NCBI GenBank assembly: GCA_031285505.1
Contig: JAITVZ010000065.1
Location: forward strand, 1-25,110
DNA from: Propionibacteriaceae bacterium
GTDB taxonomy: Bacteria > Actinomycetota > Actinomycetes > Propionibacteriales > Propionibacteriaceae
Direction of reading: 5' to 3'
DNA length: 25,110 nt
In this document: positions 24,419 through 25,110 of the stretch, one piece after another
Layout: each line of letters opens with the position of its first letter
Numbering within the stretch: the stretch's first letter is position 1
The notes under the pieces: model-generated
Told to the model about the DNA's origin: nothing
The model's input: only the letters and a program-made list of their open reading frames with translations
Database searches by the model: none
Made by a program: the position numbers and the translations under genes

Positions 24419-25110
24419 TCAGTGGCGTTTAGCCTTCTTGGCGCCTCGGTGAGTCGCGCCGAAGATCACCGCTCCACCAGCCAGAGCCGTGGCTATGGCC
24501 GTCAACCCCAGGGTGCGTTGCCCCTGGTCATCCGACCAAAGCAGGCCACCAGACTTGACCTTGACCGGGCTGGGTTGGACCGCCGGCGGATTGGCCGACA
24601 CCGCCGTGACCGTCACCGGCTGGCTGGCGGTGGCCACCGCCGCATTCAACTCGGCCGTCAGTTTGACGATCTCGGCCGTGGTCGACTTCGGGTCGGCGAT
24701 CACCTTCTGGAGATTGGCGATGGCCGTCGCCACCGCTGGCACCGTCTTGACCGGGTCCGCCTTGCTGATGGCCTCCTGGGCCGCCTTGATGGCATTGGCC
24801 CGATCCAATTCGGCCTGCTTGACGGCGTCTTGCAGCTCCTTGGTGGCCGCGACCACCTCCGAGACGCTGGTGCCATTGTCAGCCACCACGCCGGTCAGAT
24901 CACCGATCTCATGGACCACGTTGCTATCGGTTGCCACAGTCGAATCCTTGGCCTGGTCGAGCATGCCGTTGGCCAGATCGATGACCTTGGCGCGCACCAG
25001 CTTATCCAGCTCGGCGGTGGCGCCGATGATGTCAGCCGTCTTCTTGGTCGGGTCGTTCATCACCTTGGTCAGGTTGTCGACCGCTGCAGTGACAGCCGCA
25101 TCGTCGATGA
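24419..25110 (-). CDS. Paralog of the giant Ala-rich surface protein (C-terminal part only; the 5' end runs off the window). Same repeat type and the same C-terminal KVKSGG...TM...basic-tail module.
   Basis: MNDPTKKTADIIGATAELDKLVRAKV closely parallels MNDPTSATADIAAATTALGQLVRSKV in the neighbour. C-terminus KVKSGGLLWSDDQGQRTLGLTAIATALAGGAVIFGATHRGAKKAKRH. Confidence 0.65.
   Translation of the reverse strand, partial: IDDAAVTAAVDNLTKVMNDPTKKTADIIGATAELDKLVRAKVIDLANGMLDQAKDSTVATDSNVVHEIGDLTGVVADNGTSVSEVVAATKELQDAVKQAELDRANAIKAAQEAISKADPVKTVPAVATAIANLQKVIADPKSTTAEIVKLTAELNAAVATASQPVTVTAVSANPPAVQPSPVKVKSGGLLWSDDQGQRTLGLTAIATALAGGAVIFGATHRGAKKAKRH

Noticed and set aside
1-25110. CRISPR arrays, integrase or transposase genes, IS terminal inverted repeats
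   Set aside because: None seen. The repeats present are long direct duplications of gene ends and coding tandem repeats, not spacer-repeat arrays or IS ends.

Overview
This is a high-G+C, actinobacterial-type chromosomal segment dominated by cell-envelope and surface-protein genes. It carries a signal-peptide LRR/Ig-like surface protein, two LytR-CpsA-Psr (LCP) paralogs, one of which abuts a sortase-like gene (TGA stop immediately followed by ATG), a membrane SPFH/Band-7 protein, and a large S8 subtilase that an in-frame TGA splits into two ORFs. On the minus strand lie two tandem paralogous Ala-rich repeat surface proteins with a Ser/Pro stalk. The window also holds a tRNA-Ser(UGA), an MccF/LdcA-like S66 peptidase and three VapBC-type toxin-antitoxin pairs. 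Between the convergent SPFH and subtilase genes sits a ~5.3 kb segment (8630-13920) whose A+T content is visibly higher than its flanks (judged by eye, not computed). It carries a DUF4160/DUF2442 pair flanked by diverged 236/237-bp direct repeats of the SPFH 3' end. Next comes a four-gene set whose composition matches circular (head-to-tail cyclised) bacteriocin loci: a small hydrophobic Trp-terminal precursor ORF followed by a 16-bp-stem hairpin, a ~469-aa polytopic membrane protein, an ABC ATPase and a 205-aa membrane protein. After these come a VapBC pair and an equal-length (334-bp) near-identical partial tandem duplication. I saw no integrase or transposase anywhere in the window. The most likely previously undescribed system is the circular-bacteriocin-like locus together with its repeat-bounded acquisition architecture. 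A second candidate is a conserved C-terminal K-x-x-T/S-G-G/A...TM...basic-tail module shared by at least three surface proteins, encoded in the same window as a sortase-like gene that lacks the usual Arg after the catalytic Cys. All functional calls rest on motif recognition by eye. No searches were run.
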